NCBI GenBank assembly: GCA_047600885.1
Contig: JASGKE010000002.1
Span: 47,233-111,232, forward strand
Direction of reading: 5' to 3'
DNA: 64,000 nt
DNA from: Pseudoxanthomonas sp.
Lineage (GTDB): Bacteria; Pseudomonadota; Gammaproteobacteria; Xanthomonadales; Xanthomonadaceae
This document shows positions 1 to 9,068 of this stretch, piece by piece. The notes beneath the pieces were generated by a model, which did not search any database, was not told the DNA's origin, and saw nothing but the letters and a program-made list of their open reading frames with translations. The position numbers and the translations under genes are program-made. Numbering within the stretch: position 1 is the first letter of the stretch; each line of letters begins with the position of its first letter.

Positions 1-1216
1 GCTGGCGCTGCAGTGGGCCGGTGCCGCGCTGATAGGCGCGCGGGAGCGCTTTCTGTTCCGGATCCGTCGGTGCCGGATAGTCGGCCAGGTAGCGGGCGAC
101 ATAACCGGCCGAACCGTGCAGTCCCTGTTCTTCGCCACCCCACAGGCCCAGCCGGATCGTGCGGCGCGGCTTCACGCCGATCGCCTTGAGGATGCGCATG
201 GCCTCCATCATCACGACCACGCCGGCACCGTTGTCGCTGGCGCCGGTGCCGGTGTGCCACGAGTCGAGGTGCGCGCCGATCATCACCACCTCGCCCGCCT
301 TGCCGCCCGTGCCCGGGATCTCGGCGAAGGTGTTGGTGGCCGGCAGGTCCTGCTCACTGGTGAACCGGGAGTCGACGTCGATACGCAGGCGCACCGGCTG
401 TTTGCCCTGCACCGCGCGCACCAGCGGGTTGTAGTGCTCGGTGGGCAGGACCAGCTCGGTCACGCCGACCGGCTCGTCCGCCTTGCGCGCGCCGCCGCCG
501 GTGGCGCGGATGATGCCGTTGTCCCATGAGCTCAGCGACAGCGTCGCCAGCACGCCTTCTTCGGCGAGGAAGGTATTCAGCGCCTTGTTCAGGGCCTGGC
601 GCTTGCGGTACTCGTCCAGACGCTTCTCCTGCGCATCGGGCGCGGCGTCCGCGGCGATCGGGAAGGTCTGCAGTTCGCCCAGGTCGGATTCGCTGTAGCG
701 GCGGAAGTCGGCCTTGTCGGCGGGCTTGTACGCGCGCGCCTCGTCCACCAGGACGATCTTGCCGCGCAGCTTGCCGCGCTGCTTTTCAATGTCGGCGAGG
801 GTCTTGAATGAGGCCAGGACCACCTCGCCTTCCACCGGGCCATCCGTGCCCCGCGTCCATGCCTTCGGCAGCGCGTGCACGGGCGCCTGTCGCGGCGAGA
901 CCATCTCCACGCGCGAGGATTCGAACGCCCAACCCCGACCGAAGGCCGGATCGAAGACCTCCTCGTGCACATCGGACAGGCCCCAGCCGGACAGCTTGCC
1001 GCGCGCCCAGGCGCTGGCGCGCGTGTAATTGGGCGAACTCGTCAGGCGCGGGCCGACGGTTTCGGTGAGCTCCTTCAGGTTGGCCGCGGCCTGCGAGCGG
1101 TTGAACGCCTCGTGCCGGATCTTCGCGACCACGTCCAGGTCCACCGGCTCGGTGGCCACTGCTTCGCCCGCCATCACACACATCGCCACGCAGGCGACGA
1201 CCATCAGCCGCTTCAT
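1..1216 (-). CDS. M28 family metallo-aminopeptidase, probably secreted; C-terminal part lies left of the window
   Basis: My own minus-strand translation from the ATG at 1216 gives MKRLMVVACVAMCVMAGEAVATEP... (signal-like N-terminus), then ...GAHLDSWHTGTGASDNGAGVVVMMEAMRIL... and ...LWGGEEQGLHGS..., which are typical M28 zinc-ligand motifs. The frame stays open to position 1, which explains why it is missing from the ORF track. Confidence 0.8.
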   Translation of the reverse strand, partial: MKRLMVVACVAMCVMAGEAVATEPVDLDVVAKIRHEAFNRSQAAANLKELTETVGPRLTSSPNYTRASAWARGKLSGWGLSDVHEEVFDPAFGRGWAFESSRVEMVSPRQAPVHALPKAWTRGTDGPVEGEVVLASFKTLADIEKQRGKLRGKIVLVDEARAYKPADKADFRRYSESDLGELQTFPIAADAAPDAQEKRLDEYRKRQALNKALNTFLAEEGVLATLSLSSWDNGIIRATGGGARKADEPVGVTELVLPTEHYNPLVRAVQGKQPVRLRIDVDSRFTSEQDLPATNTFAEIPGTGGKAGEVVMIGAHLDSWHTGTGASDNGAGVVVMMEAMRILKAIGVKPRRTIRLGLWGGEEQGLHGSAGYVARYLADYPAPTDPEQKALPRAYQRGTGPLQRQ

Positions 1217-1335
1217 CCAACCCCCTGATTGATAAGGATCCCCATCCCTGTGGTTCCGGGCATGCGCCAGGGACCGCCCCGCAGTGTCCCTGCTGGGCCA
1301 CGCGAGGACCCCTGCCAATGGTCATGGTCGGCCGG

Positions 1336-1375
1336 CCGGAAACGCGAAGGCCCGGGATGCGATCCCGGGCCTTCG
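1336..1375 (-). terminator. Stem-loop terminator candidate downstream of the porin gene
   Basis: Perfect 12-bp inverted repeat cgaaggcccggg / cccgggccttcg (1345-1356 / 1364-1375) with a 7-nt loop. On the minus strand it is followed by CGUUUCC, which is a short U tract. Confidence 0.5.
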
Positions 1376-1408
1376 TGCGGCGCGAACGGCGCGGATGCGC
1401 CGCGCGGC

Positions 1409-2707
1409 TTACCAGGCGAACTGCGTGCGCAGCGCGTACTGGGCGGTCTCGTCGCCGGTGACTTCGTTGTCGCCCTGCGTGTAGTTGAACATGAAGCGCA
1501 GGTTCGGATTGACGTAGTAGTTCACGCCGAGGATCCAGCTGGTGACTTCGCGGTTCAGCGTTTCGTTCTCGACATAGTCGTAACGGCCGGTCAGCTCCCA
1601 CAGGCCCTTGTCGGCGACCTTCGGCGAACCGAACACGCCGGTGGCGCCCTTGTACGGCTTGTGGCCGCCGTTGAGCATGAAGCTGCCTTGCACGTAGTAC
1701 GTGGTCACGTCCTGGTCGCGGCCCAGCGGCTGGCCGAAGGTCGCATCGGCGTACTCGGCCTGGAAGAAGGCCGGGCCGAACGAACCGGCGGCTTCCACCG
1801 CCATCACGTCGACGGTGTTGCGGCTGGCGCCGGTGGTGGTGGCGATGACCTGCGACGGACCGCGGCGGCCGGCGTAGTTCGACGTGGCGACCAGGTCGGC
1901 CGAACCCAGGTTCTGGTCTTCGAAGCTGTACCAGGCACCGAAGTGCAGCGTGCTGTTGTCGTTGTTGATCGGCGCGTAGGTCACGCGACCGGCAGCGCCG
2001 ACGCCTTCGTTACGCGTGCCGGCGGCACCGCGCAGGTTGAACACGCTCAGGCCCGCGGTGTAGTTCTCGCCGGCGCGCAGGTAGCCCACGCCCTGCTGGA
2101 ACTGGCGGCCGTTGAACAGGCCGGTCGCGGAGGCGAACGGACGCTCCATGGTCAGCAGTTCGTTGGAGCTGGTCAGCTCTTCCATCGCGCGGTAGGGCTT
2201 GAAGTGACCGATGGTGAACTTGCCGCCCAGCGCCGACTTGGCGATGTAGACGTCGCGGAAGCCGTCCAGGCCGCCACCGGCGCCGAAATCGTTCTCCATC
2301 TTGTATTCCCAGCCGTAGGCCTTGCCCTGCAGGGTCAGGCGCGCGCGGCGGAATTCGGTGGTGCCGGTGGTGCTGGCCAGGTCGCGATCGAACGCGTAGG
2401 TGTCGAACTGGATGCGGCCGCCGACGCTGGCTTCGAACTTGCCGTCGGCCGAGGTGATCTTCAGGCCGCCCTTGGTATCGACCTTCGGCGAACCGGTGTT
2501 GAGCTTGTCCAGCTGGGAGGCGGTGTCGATGTTGACGTCGGACTGCGCGTCGCTGCGCTCTTCCAGCTCGGCCACCTTGGCCGACAGCGCTTCCAGCTGC
2601 GCCTTCAGTTCGGCGATCGTCTGATCGCGGGAGTCGGCGGCGGACGCCGAGAAGCTGGTGCTGCCCATGGCGACGGCGAGCGCGGCGGCCAGGAGGGAAT
2701 AACGCAT
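1409..2707 (-). CDS. oprP: Phosphate-selective porin, OprO/OprP family
   Basis: ORF 1409..2791. I prefer the internal start MRYSLLAAALAVAMGSTSFSASA (signal peptide). It is followed by a coiled-coil-like segment (TIAELKAQLEALSAKVAELEE) and a beta-barrel ending ...ALRTQFAW. The gene is divergent from the pst operon and has a Pho-box-like repeat upstream. Confidence 0.85.
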   Translation of the reverse strand: MRYSLLAAALAVAMGSTSFSASAADSRDQTIAELKAQLEALSAKVAELEERSDAQSDVNIDTASQLDKLNTGSPKVDTKGGLKITSADGKFEASVGGRIQFDTYAFDRDLASTTGTTEFRRARLTLQGKAYGWEYKMENDFGAGGGLDGFRDVYIAKSALGGKFTIGHFKPYRAMEELTSSNELLTMERPFASATGLFNGRQFQQGVGYLRAGENYTAGLSVFNLRGAAGTRNEGVGAAGRVTYAPINNDNSTLHFGAWYSFEDQNLGSADLVATSNYAGRRGPSQVIATTTGASRNTVDVMAVEAAGSFGPAFFQAEYADATFGQPLGRDQDVTTYYVQGSFMLNGGHKPYKGATGVFGSPKVADKGLWELTGRYDYVENETLNREVTSWILGVNYYVNPNLRFMFNYTQGDNEVTGDETAQYALRTQFAW

Positions 2708-2843
2708 GGTGACTCTCCGAGTGGAAGTAGAAGTAAGAGCGCAGGCTTCGTGGGCGCCGGCTTCACTTCCGAGATCACCTTCGGAAATCATTAAGCGCCC
2801 GTCAAAGATGCGCTAAAGGATGGGAGTGAAATCTTGCAGTCAC

Positions 2844-2873
2844 ATGTGCGTTTCGTGACCGGAATGTGACAAG
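2844..2873 (-). promoter_or_regulatory. Pho-box-like 11-bp-phased repeats upstream of the porin gene
   Basis: The minus strand reads TTGTCACattccGGTCACgaaacGCACAT. The hexamers TGTCAC, GGTCAC and GCACAT are spaced 11 bp apart and resemble the PhoB CTGTCAT direct-repeat logic. Confidence 0.5.
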
Positions 2874-3034
2874 CGCGCATCGCGACCCTCCGCCCGCCGC
2901 TCTTGGTGGCGCACGCCTCTATAGATAGGTATGCGGTCGCTCGGACATGCGTCCTGGTCCACCGCGCACGTAATGGACGGCGTTTCTGAGCTGACGGGAG
3001 CGAGGCCTGCATCGGATCGCCCATCGTCACGGGA

Positions 3035-3074
3035 CTGTCTTAATCACGACACCGGGCTGTCACACAAACGTCGT
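3035..3074 (+). promoter_or_regulatory. Pho-box-like repeats upstream of the first pstS
   Basis: CTGTCTTaatc ACGACACcggg CTGTCACacaa ACGTCGT: four 7-mers with 11-bp phasing. The best half-sites are CTGTCTT (3035) and CTGTCAC (3057). The region lies about 60-100 bp upstream of the GTG start at 3136. Confidence 0.55.
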
Positions 3075-3135
3075 GGAATGGCCACCCAACGGGCACGCCC
3101 GTGCCTTCCACCCTGCCTTCTCCCAGGAGACTTCC

Positions 3136-4149
3136 GTGTTGAACTCGATCAAATCCCGCGTGGCGCTGCTGGCGCTGGCGTCCGCCTTCTCCGCGCAGGC
3201 GTTCGCGGCCGACGTGACCGGCGCCGGTGCGTCGTTCGTGTATCCGGTGATGACCAAGTGGTCGGCCGACTACGCCAAGGCCACCAACAACCGCGTGAAC
3301 TACCAGTCGATCGGTTCGGGCGGCGGTATCGCGCAGATCAAGGCCGGCACGGTGGACTTCGGCTCGTCCGACGCCCCGCTGAAGCCGGAAGAGCTGGCCA
3401 AGTACGGCCTGGCGCAGTTCCCGTCGGTGATCGGCGGCGTGGTGCCGGTGCTGAACGTGGCCGGCCTGAAGCCGGGCCAGCTGAAGCTGGACGGCCCGAC
3501 CCTGGCCAACATCTTCCTGGGCACCATCAAGACGTGGAACGACCCGGCCATCGCCGCCCTGAACCCGGGCGTGACCCTGCCGGCGCAGCGCATCACCGTC
3601 GTCCGTCGTTCGGACGGTTCGGGCACCACCTTCAACTTCGTCAACTACCTGTCCAAGGTCAGCCCGGAGTGGAAGAGCAAGGTCGGTGAAGGCACCACCG
3701 TGCAGTGGCCGACCGGCGTGGGCGGCAAGGGCAACGAAGGCGTGGCCGCTTACGTGAAGCAGATCAAGGGCGGCATCGGCTACGTCGAGCTGTCGTACGC
3801 GCTGCAGAACAAGATGGCCTACGCCAGCCTGAAGAACGCCTCGGGCAACTTTGTGCAGCCCAGCGACGAGTCCTTCGCCGCCGCGGCCGCCAGCGCCGAA
3901 TGGGCCAAGTCCAAGGACTTCTACCTGGTCATGACCAATGCCCCGGGCGCGAACTCCTGGCCGATCACCGCCACCAACTTCATCCTGATGTACAAGGCGC
4001 CGAAGAAGGGCAACAAGGACGCCCGCGACTTCTTCCGCTGGGTCTACGCCAATGGCGACGCCCAGGCCAAGTCGCTCGACTACGTGCCGCTGCCGCCGGC
4101 GCTGGTGCAGCAGATCGAGACGTACTGGAAGGCGAACCTGAAGTACTGA
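3136..4149 (+). CDS. pstS: Phosphate ABC transporter substrate-binding protein PstS (soluble periplasmic form)
   Basis: ORF 3073..4149. I prefer the GTG at 3136, which is preceded by AGGAGA. The product starts VLNSIKSRVALLALASAFSAQAFA|ADVTGAGASF (Sec signal), and the PstS motifs YQSIGSGGGI and RSDGSGTT are present. Confidence 0.9.
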   Translation: MLNSIKSRVALLALASAFSAQAFAADVTGAGASFVYPVMTKWSADYAKATNNRVNYQSIGSGGGIAQIKAGTVDFGSSDAPLKPEELAKYGLAQFPSVIGGVVPVLNVAGLKPGQLKLDGPTLANIFLGTIKTWNDPAIAALNPGVTLPAQRITVVRRSDGSGTTFNFVNYLSKVSPEWKSKVGEGTTVQWPTGVGGKGNEGVAAYVKQIKGGIGYVELSYALQNKMAYASLKNASGNFVQPSDESFAAAAASAEWAKSKDFYLVMTNAPGANSWPITATNFILMYKAPKKGNKDARDFFRWVYANGDAQAKSLDYVPLPPALVQQIETYWKANLKY

Positions 4150-4159
4150 TCGCAGAACC

Positions 4160-4250
4160 GCCGGCACGGTCTCTCCCCCGTGCCGGCACCGGGGTCGCGC
4201 TCCCTCCCGCGCAACCTCATCCGGCGGGCCTTCGGGCCCGCTTTCTTTTT
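4160..4250 (+). terminator. Two stem-loops after pstS-1; the second is a rho-independent terminator
   Basis: First hairpin: gccggcacgg / ccgtgccggc (4160-4169 / 4178-4187). Second hairpin: gcgggcc-ttcg-ggcccgc (4224-4241), followed by tttcttttt (4242-4250). Confidence 0.7.
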
Positions 4251-4295
4251 GTCCGGCACCTACCCGCGACGGTCGCATGACAGCCTGAGATCACG

Positions 4296-4324
4296 GTGTC
4301 ATCACGATGTAACAAAAACATCAT
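4296..4324 (+). promoter_or_regulatory. Pho-box-like repeats upstream of the second pstS
   Basis: GTGTCATcacg ATGTAACaaaa ACATCAT with 11-bp phasing, inside a locally AT-rich stretch about 40 bp upstream of the ATG at 4364. Confidence 0.55.
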
Positions 4325-4363
4325 TTCATAGCGTGGATCACAAACGACCCGTCTGGAGAGCCC

Positions 4364-5458
4364 ATGCACGTCCGTAACGCCCGCCTGGCCACGCTGGCCC
4401 TGGCCACCGCCTTCTTCGCTGCTGCCTGTGGCGGAAAGACCGATGCCCCGGCTGCGACCGCGGGCGCCGAAGGCGCCGCCGCCCCCGCCGACGGCGCGCA
4501 GGAGATCTCGGCCGAGATCACCGGCGCCGGCGCGTCCTTCATCTACCCGCTGATGGCCCGCTGGTCCACGGACTACAACAAGGCCACCGGCGCGAAGATC
4601 AACTACCAGTCGATCGGTTCCGGCGGCGGCATCGCGCAGATCAAGGCCGCGACCGTCGACTTCGGTTCCTCCGACAAGCCGCTGTCGCCGGAAGAACTGG
4701 CGCAGGCCGGCTTGGGCCAGTTCCCGTCGGTGATCGGCGGCGTGGTTCCTGTCATCAACGTGGAAGGCCTGCAGCCGGGCCAGTTGAAGCTCAACGGCAC
4801 CGTGCTGGCGGACATCTTCCTGCACAAGATCACCACCTGGAACGACCCGGCCATCGCCGCGCTGAACCCGGGCGTGACCCTGCCGACCGGCAAGATCAAC
4901 ACCGTGCACCGCTCCGACGGGTCGGGCACCACCTTCAACTTCGTCAACTACCTGTCCAAGGTCAGCCCGGAGTGGAAGGACAAGGTCGGCGAAGGCACCA
5001 GCGTCAACTGGCCGGGTGGCGTCGGCGGCAAGGGCAACGAAGGCGTGGCCGCCTACGTGCGCCAGCTGAAGGGTTCGATCGGTTATGTCGAACTCGCCTA
5101 CGCCGAGCAGAACAAGATGTCGTACGCCTCGTTGCAGAACGCGGCCGGCCAGTTCGTGCTGCCCACCGCCGAGAGCTTCGCCGCCGCCGCGGCCAGCGCC
5201 GACTGGGCCAACGCGAAGGACTTCAACCTGGTCATCACCAACGCGCCGGGCGAGCAGGCGTGGCCGATCACCGCCACCAACTTCATCCTGGTCTACAAGC
5301 AGCCCAAGGATGCGGCGAAGGCCAAGCACACGCTGGAATTCTTCAAGTGGGCCTACGCGCAGGGCCAGGCCCAGGCGAACGAACTGGACTACGTGCCGCT
5401 GCCGCCGGAACTGGTCGGCCAGATCGAGCAGTACTGGAGCACCGAGATCAAGCTCTGA
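4364..5458 (+). CDS. pstS: Phosphate-binding protein PstS paralogue, probable lipoprotein with an Ala/Gly-rich linker
   Basis: 364-aa ORF. The N-terminus MHVRNARLATLALATAFFAAAC|GGKTDAPAATAGAEGAAAPADG is lipobox-like. The remainder is collinear with, and highly similar to, the upstream PstS (YQSIGSGGGIAQIKA, RSDGSGTTFNFVNYLSKVSPEWK). Confidence 0.9.
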   Translation: MHVRNARLATLALATAFFAAACGGKTDAPAATAGAEGAAAPADGAQEISAEITGAGASFIYPLMARWSTDYNKATGAKINYQSIGSGGGIAQIKAATVDFGSSDKPLSPEELAQAGLGQFPSVIGGVVPVINVEGLQPGQLKLNGTVLADIFLHKITTWNDPAIAALNPGVTLPTGKINTVHRSDGSGTTFNFVNYLSKVSPEWKDKVGEGTSVNWPGGVGGKGNEGVAAYVRQLKGSIGYVELAYAEQNKMSYASLQNAAGQFVLPTAESFAAAAASADWANAKDFNLVITNAPGEQAWPITATNFILVYKQPKDAAKAKHTLEFFKWAYAQGQAQANELDYVPLPPELVGQIEQYWSTEIKL

Positions 5459-5466
5459 GTCATCCG

Positions 5467-5496
5467 CACCGGGCCGCCGTGATGGGCGGCCCGGTG
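5467..5496 (+). terminator. Intercistronic 12-bp stem-loop between pstS-2 and pstC (attenuator or mRNA-stability element)
   Basis: Perfect inverted repeat caccgggccgcc / ggcggcccggtg with the loop gtgatg. No U tract follows, so it is more likely a processing or stability element or a partial terminator than a full stop. Confidence 0.55.
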
Positions 5497-5511
5497 TCAT
5501 CACGCGGTAAC
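5494..5511 (+). promoter_or_regulatory. Third Pho-box-like element immediately upstream of pstC
   Basis: GTGTCATCACGCGGTAAC is nearly identical to GTGTCATCACGATGTAAC upstream of pstS-2 (4296-4313). It overlaps the 3' arm of the preceding hairpin. Confidence 0.4.
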
Positions 5512-5568
5512 GACGTACCCGTGCACTAGCCAGACCGCCATACCGTCCTCCCCCACCCTTCGGGTTGC

Positions 5569-6540
5569 ATGAACGCCACTGCCCTCCCCACTTCCCTGAC
5601 GGACGTGCGCACTGCGAAAGACGCGCGCGCCGACACGCTGTTCCGGCTCACGCTGACCGGTGCCGGCCTGTTCGTCCTGATCTCGCTGATCGCCGCCGCC
5701 CTGTCGATGCTGTGGGGTGGCCGCGAAGCCCTGCAGACCTTCGGCCTGGGTTTCTTCACCAGCACCGAGTGGAACGTCGGCACGCGCGAGTTCGGCGCAC
5801 TGGTGCCGATCTTCGGCACGCTGGTCAGCGCCGGCATCGCCATGCTGATCGCCGTGCCGGTGAGCTTCGGCATCGCGGTGTTCCTCACCGAAGTCGCACC
5901 GGCCTGGCTGCGCGGCCCGGTGGGCATGGCCATCGAACTGCTGGCCGGCATCCCCTCGATCATCTACGGCATGTGGGGCCTGTTCGTGCTGGCACCGCAG
6001 CTGAGCGAACACGTTTATCCCTGGATCAACGACAACCTCGGCCAGATCCCGCTGGTCGGCGTGCTGCTGTCCGGCCCGCCGCTGGGCATCGGCATGATGA
6101 CCGCCGGCCTGGTGCTGGCGATCATGGTGATCCCCTTCATTTCCTCGGTGATGCGCGAAGTCTTCCTGACCGTGCCGGGCCGCCTGAAGGAATCGGCCTA
6201 CGCGCTGGGTTCGACGAAGTGGGAAGTGGTCTGGGACATCGTCCTGCCCTACACCCGCTCGGCGGTGATCGGCGGCGTGTTCCTCGGCCTGGGCCGCGCG
6301 CTCGGCGAAACGATGGCGGTCACCTTCGTCATCGGCAACGCCTACGCGATCAGCCTGGCGCTGCTGGAACCGGGCACCTCGATCGCCGCGACGATCGCCA
6401 ATGAATTCGCCGAAGCCACCGACCCGCTGCACAAGGGCTCGCTGTTGCTGCTGGGCTTCACCTTGTTCGTGCTGACCTTCATCGTGCTGGCGATCGCCCG
6501 CCTGATGCTGCGCCAGCTGGCCAAGCGGGAGGGCAACTGA
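5569..6540 (+). CDS. pstC: Phosphate ABC transporter permease PstC
   Basis: 323-aa polytopic membrane ORF with an EAA-type loop (ESAYALGSTKWEV). It sits between pstS and pstA. Confidence 0.92.
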   Translation: MNATALPTSLTDVRTAKDARADTLFRLTLTGAGLFVLISLIAAALSMLWGGREALQTFGLGFFTSTEWNVGTREFGALVPIFGTLVSAGIAMLIAVPVSFGIAVFLTEVAPAWLRGPVGMAIELLAGIPSIIYGMWGLFVLAPQLSEHVYPWINDNLGQIPLVGVLLSGPPLGIGMMTAGLVLAIMVIPFISSVMREVFLTVPGRLKESAYALGSTKWEVVWDIVLPYTRSAVIGGVFLGLGRALGETMAVTFVIGNAYAISLALLEPGTSIAATIANEFAEATDPLHKGSLLLLGFTLFVLTFIVLAIARLMLRQLAKREGN

Positions 6541-7391
6541 TGTCTACGTCCCTCTACACCTGGCGCAAGGTCAAGAACGGCGTCGCCCTGACGCTGTCCA
6601 TCGCCGCCGCCCTGTTCGGCCTGATGTGGCTGGTCTGGATCCTCTGGACCACGATCACCAAGGGCATGGGCAGCCTGAACCTGGACCTGTTCACCCAGAT
6701 GACGCCGCCGCCGAACGAACCCGGCGGCCTGGCGAACGCGTTGTTCGGCAGCGTGGTGATCAGTCTGCTGGCCATCGTGCTGGGCACGCCGATCGGCATC
6801 GCCGCCGGCACCTACCTGGCCGAGTACGCCAACAAGCACTGGCTGGGCGAGACCGTCCGCTTCGTCAACGACATCCTGCTGTCGGCGCCGTCCATCGTGC
6901 TGGGCCTCTTCATCTACACCGTGATGGTGGCGCAGATGGGTCACTACTCGGCATGGGCCGGTGCGGTGGCGCTGGCGTTCATCGCCCTGCCGGTCATCGT
7001 GCGCACCACCGACGAAATGCTCCGCCTGGTGCCGCAGCAGATGCGCGAGGCCGCGCTGTCGCTGGGCGTGCCGCAGTGGAAGGTCACCACCCAGGTGCTG
7101 ATGCGTTCGGCGCTGCCGGGCATCGTCACCGGCATCCTGCTGGCGCTGGCGCGCATCAGCGGCGAGACCGCGCCGCTGCTGTTCACCGCCTTCAACAACC
7201 AGTTCTGGAGCACGGACCTCAACCAGTCGATGGCCAACCTGCCGATGGTCATCTTCCAGTACGCGATGAGCCCGTACGACTCCTGGAACTCGCTGGCCTG
7301 GGCCGGCGCCTTCCTCGTGACCGCCCTGGTGCTGATCCTCAGCCTGGTGGCCCGCACCATCCTTCTTCGAAACAAGGTGACCCATGAATGA
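6540..7391 (+). CDS. pstA: Phosphate ABC transporter permease PstA
   Basis: 283-aa membrane ORF with the motif [14 protein letters not shown]. Its start overlaps the pstC stop (ATGA-type coupling at 6540). Confidence 0.92.
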   Translation: MSTSLYTWRKVKNGVALTLSIAAALFGLMWLVWILWTTITKGMGSLNLDLFTQMTPPPNEPGGLANALFGSVVISLLAIVLGTPIGIAAGTYLAEYANKHWLGETVRFVNDILLSAPSIVLGLFIYTVMVAQMGHYSAWAGAVALAFIALPVIVRTTDEMLRLVPQQMREAALSLGVPQWKVTTQVLMRSALPGIVTGILLALARISGETAPLLFTAFNNQFWSTDLNQSMANLPMVIFQYAMSPYDSWNSLAWAGAFLVTALVLILSLVARTILLRNKVTHE

Positions 7392-8202
7392 CGCCGCCCG
7401 CATTGCCGTGGTGACGCCGCAGCGCCACGACGAACACGCCGCGCCCGCCAGCGTGAAGCTGGCCGCCAAGGGCCTGGACTTCTATTACGGCGATTTCCAC
7501 GCGCTGAAGAACATCAACCTGGAGATTCCGGAAAAGCGCGTCACCGCGCTGATCGGTCCCTCCGGCTGCGGCAAGTCCACCCTGCTGCGCGTCTTCAACC
7601 GCATCTACTCGCTGTACCCGAAGCTGCACGCCAAGGGCGAGGTGCTGCTGGATGGCGACAACATCCTGGACACCAAGTACCCGATGAACCGCCTGCGCAG
7701 CAAGGTGGGCATGGTGTTCCAGAAGCCGGTGCCGTTCCCGATGACGATCTTCGAGAACGTGGCCTATGGCATCCGCCACCACGAGCGCCTGAACAAGGCC
7801 GACATGGAGGTGCGCGTCGAGCAGGCGTTGCGCCAGGCGGCCCTGTGGGACGAGGCCAAGGACAAACTGAAGCAGAGTGCCCTGGGCCTGTCCGGCGGCC
7901 AGCAGCAGCGCCTGTGCATCGCGCGCGCCGTCGCGCTGCGCCCGGACGTGATCCTGCTGGACGAGCCGACCTCCGCGCTCGACCCCATCTCGACCAGCAA
8001 GATCGAGCAGCTGATCGAAGAACTGAAGCACCAGTACACCATCGCCATCGTGACGCACAACATGCAGCAGGCGGCGCGCGTGTCGGACTACACGGCCTTC
8101 ATGTACCTGGGCGAGCTGGTCGAACACGACGCCACGTCGACGATCTTCTCCAACCCCGGCAAGCAGCAGACCGAAGACTACATCACCGGACGTTTCGGCT
8201 GA
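7384..8202 (+). CDS. pstB: Phosphate ABC transporter ATP-binding protein PstB
   Basis: Walker [10 protein letters not shown], signature LSGGQQQRL and Walker [12 protein letters not shown]. It overlaps the end of pstA by 8 nt. Confidence 0.95.
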   Translation: MNDAARIAVVTPQRHDEHAAPASVKLAAKGLDFYYGDFHALKNINLEIPEKRVTALIGPSGCGKSTLLRVFNRIYSLYPKLHAKGEVLLDGDNILDTKYPMNRLRSKVGMVFQKPVPFPMTIFENVAYGIRHHERLNKADMEVRVEQALRQAALWDEAKDKLKQSALGLSGGQQQRLCIARAVALRPDVILLDEPTSALDPISTSKIEQLIEELKHQYTIAIVTHNMQQAARVSDYTAFMYLGELVEHDATSTIFSNPGKQQTEDYITGRFG

Positions 8203-8210
8203 GGACGCCC

Positions 8211-8921
8211 ATGAATACCCAACCCAACGACCATATCGTGAAGAGCTACGACGAAGAACAGCGCCGCATCGTGGCGGAGATCGTCCGCATGGGCGAAACC
8301 GCCGTCGCCCAGCTGGAGGCCGCGCTGGACGTGGTCGAACGCCGCGACGACAAGGCCGCCCAGCGCATCATCGCCAACGACGAAGCCATCGATGCCATCG
8401 AGCACCAGGTGGCCCATGACGTGATGCACCTGGCCCTGCGCGGCCCGATGGCCCGCGACCTGCGCGAGATCCTCGCCGGGCTGCGCATCCCGGCCGACAT
8501 CGAGCGCATCGGCGATTACGCGGCGAACGTCGCCAAGCGTTCCATCGCCCTGAACGTTTCGCCGCCGATGCCGCAGATCACCGGTCTGCGCGCGCTCGGC
8601 AAGCTGGCCGCCCGCCAGGTCCGCGACGCGATCAGCGCCTACCAGAGCGGCGATGCCGAGTCCGCCGTGCAGGTGCGCGAACGCGACGCCGAGCTGGACG
8701 CGCATTACACCGCGCTGTTCCGCGAACTGCTGACCTACATGATGGAAGACCCGCGCAACATCACGCCGTGCACGCACCTGCTGTTCATGGCGAAGAACCT
8801 GGAGCGCATCGGCGACCACGCGACGAACATCGCCGAGAACGTCTGGTTCCTGGTGCATGGCGAACAGCCGCTGCCGCCGCGGGCCAAGCGCGACGACACC
8901 AGCACCACCGGCGCCGTCTGA
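8211..8921 (+). CDS. phoU: Phosphate signalling regulator PhoU
   Basis: Internal ATG at 8211 within ORF 7845..8921. The product MNTQPNDHIVKSYDEEQ... contains two PhoU repeats with ERIGDYAANVAK and ERIGDHATNIAE. Confidence 0.92.
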   Translation: MNTQPNDHIVKSYDEEQRRIVAEIVRMGETAVAQLEAALDVVERRDDKAAQRIIANDEAIDAIEHQVAHDVMHLALRGPMARDLREILAGLRIPADIERIGDYAANVAKRSIALNVSPPMPQITGLRALGKLAARQVRDAISAYQSGDAESAVQVRERDAELDAHYTALFRELLTYMMEDPRNITPCTHLLFMAKNLERIGDHATNIAENVWFLVHGEQPLPPRAKRDDTSTTGAV

Positions 8922-8950
8922 TCCACACGCCGCACTGCAACACGCGACAG

Positions 8951-8976
8951 GCCCCGCTCCGGCGGGGCTTGTCCGT
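8951..8976 (+). terminator. Terminator-like hairpin after phoU
   Basis: gccccgc-tccg-gcggggc (8951-8968), followed by ttgtccgtt. Confidence 0.5.
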
Positions 8977-9015
8977 TCAGGGCCCCGCGCAAACGGCGCG
9001 CTAACGTCGCGCGGC

Positions 9016-9021
9016 TACAAT
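9016..9021 (+). promoter_or_regulatory. Possible -10 element (TACAAT) for the RiPP precursor gene
   Basis: TACAAT lies 48 bp upstream of the ATG at 9069, and a GGGAGAG Shine-Dalgarno sits just before the start. The -35 region is weak. Confidence 0.3.
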
Positions 9022-9068
9022 CGCGCCACGCTGGTGCGGATCCCCCGCACGCCCTGGGAGAGAACACG

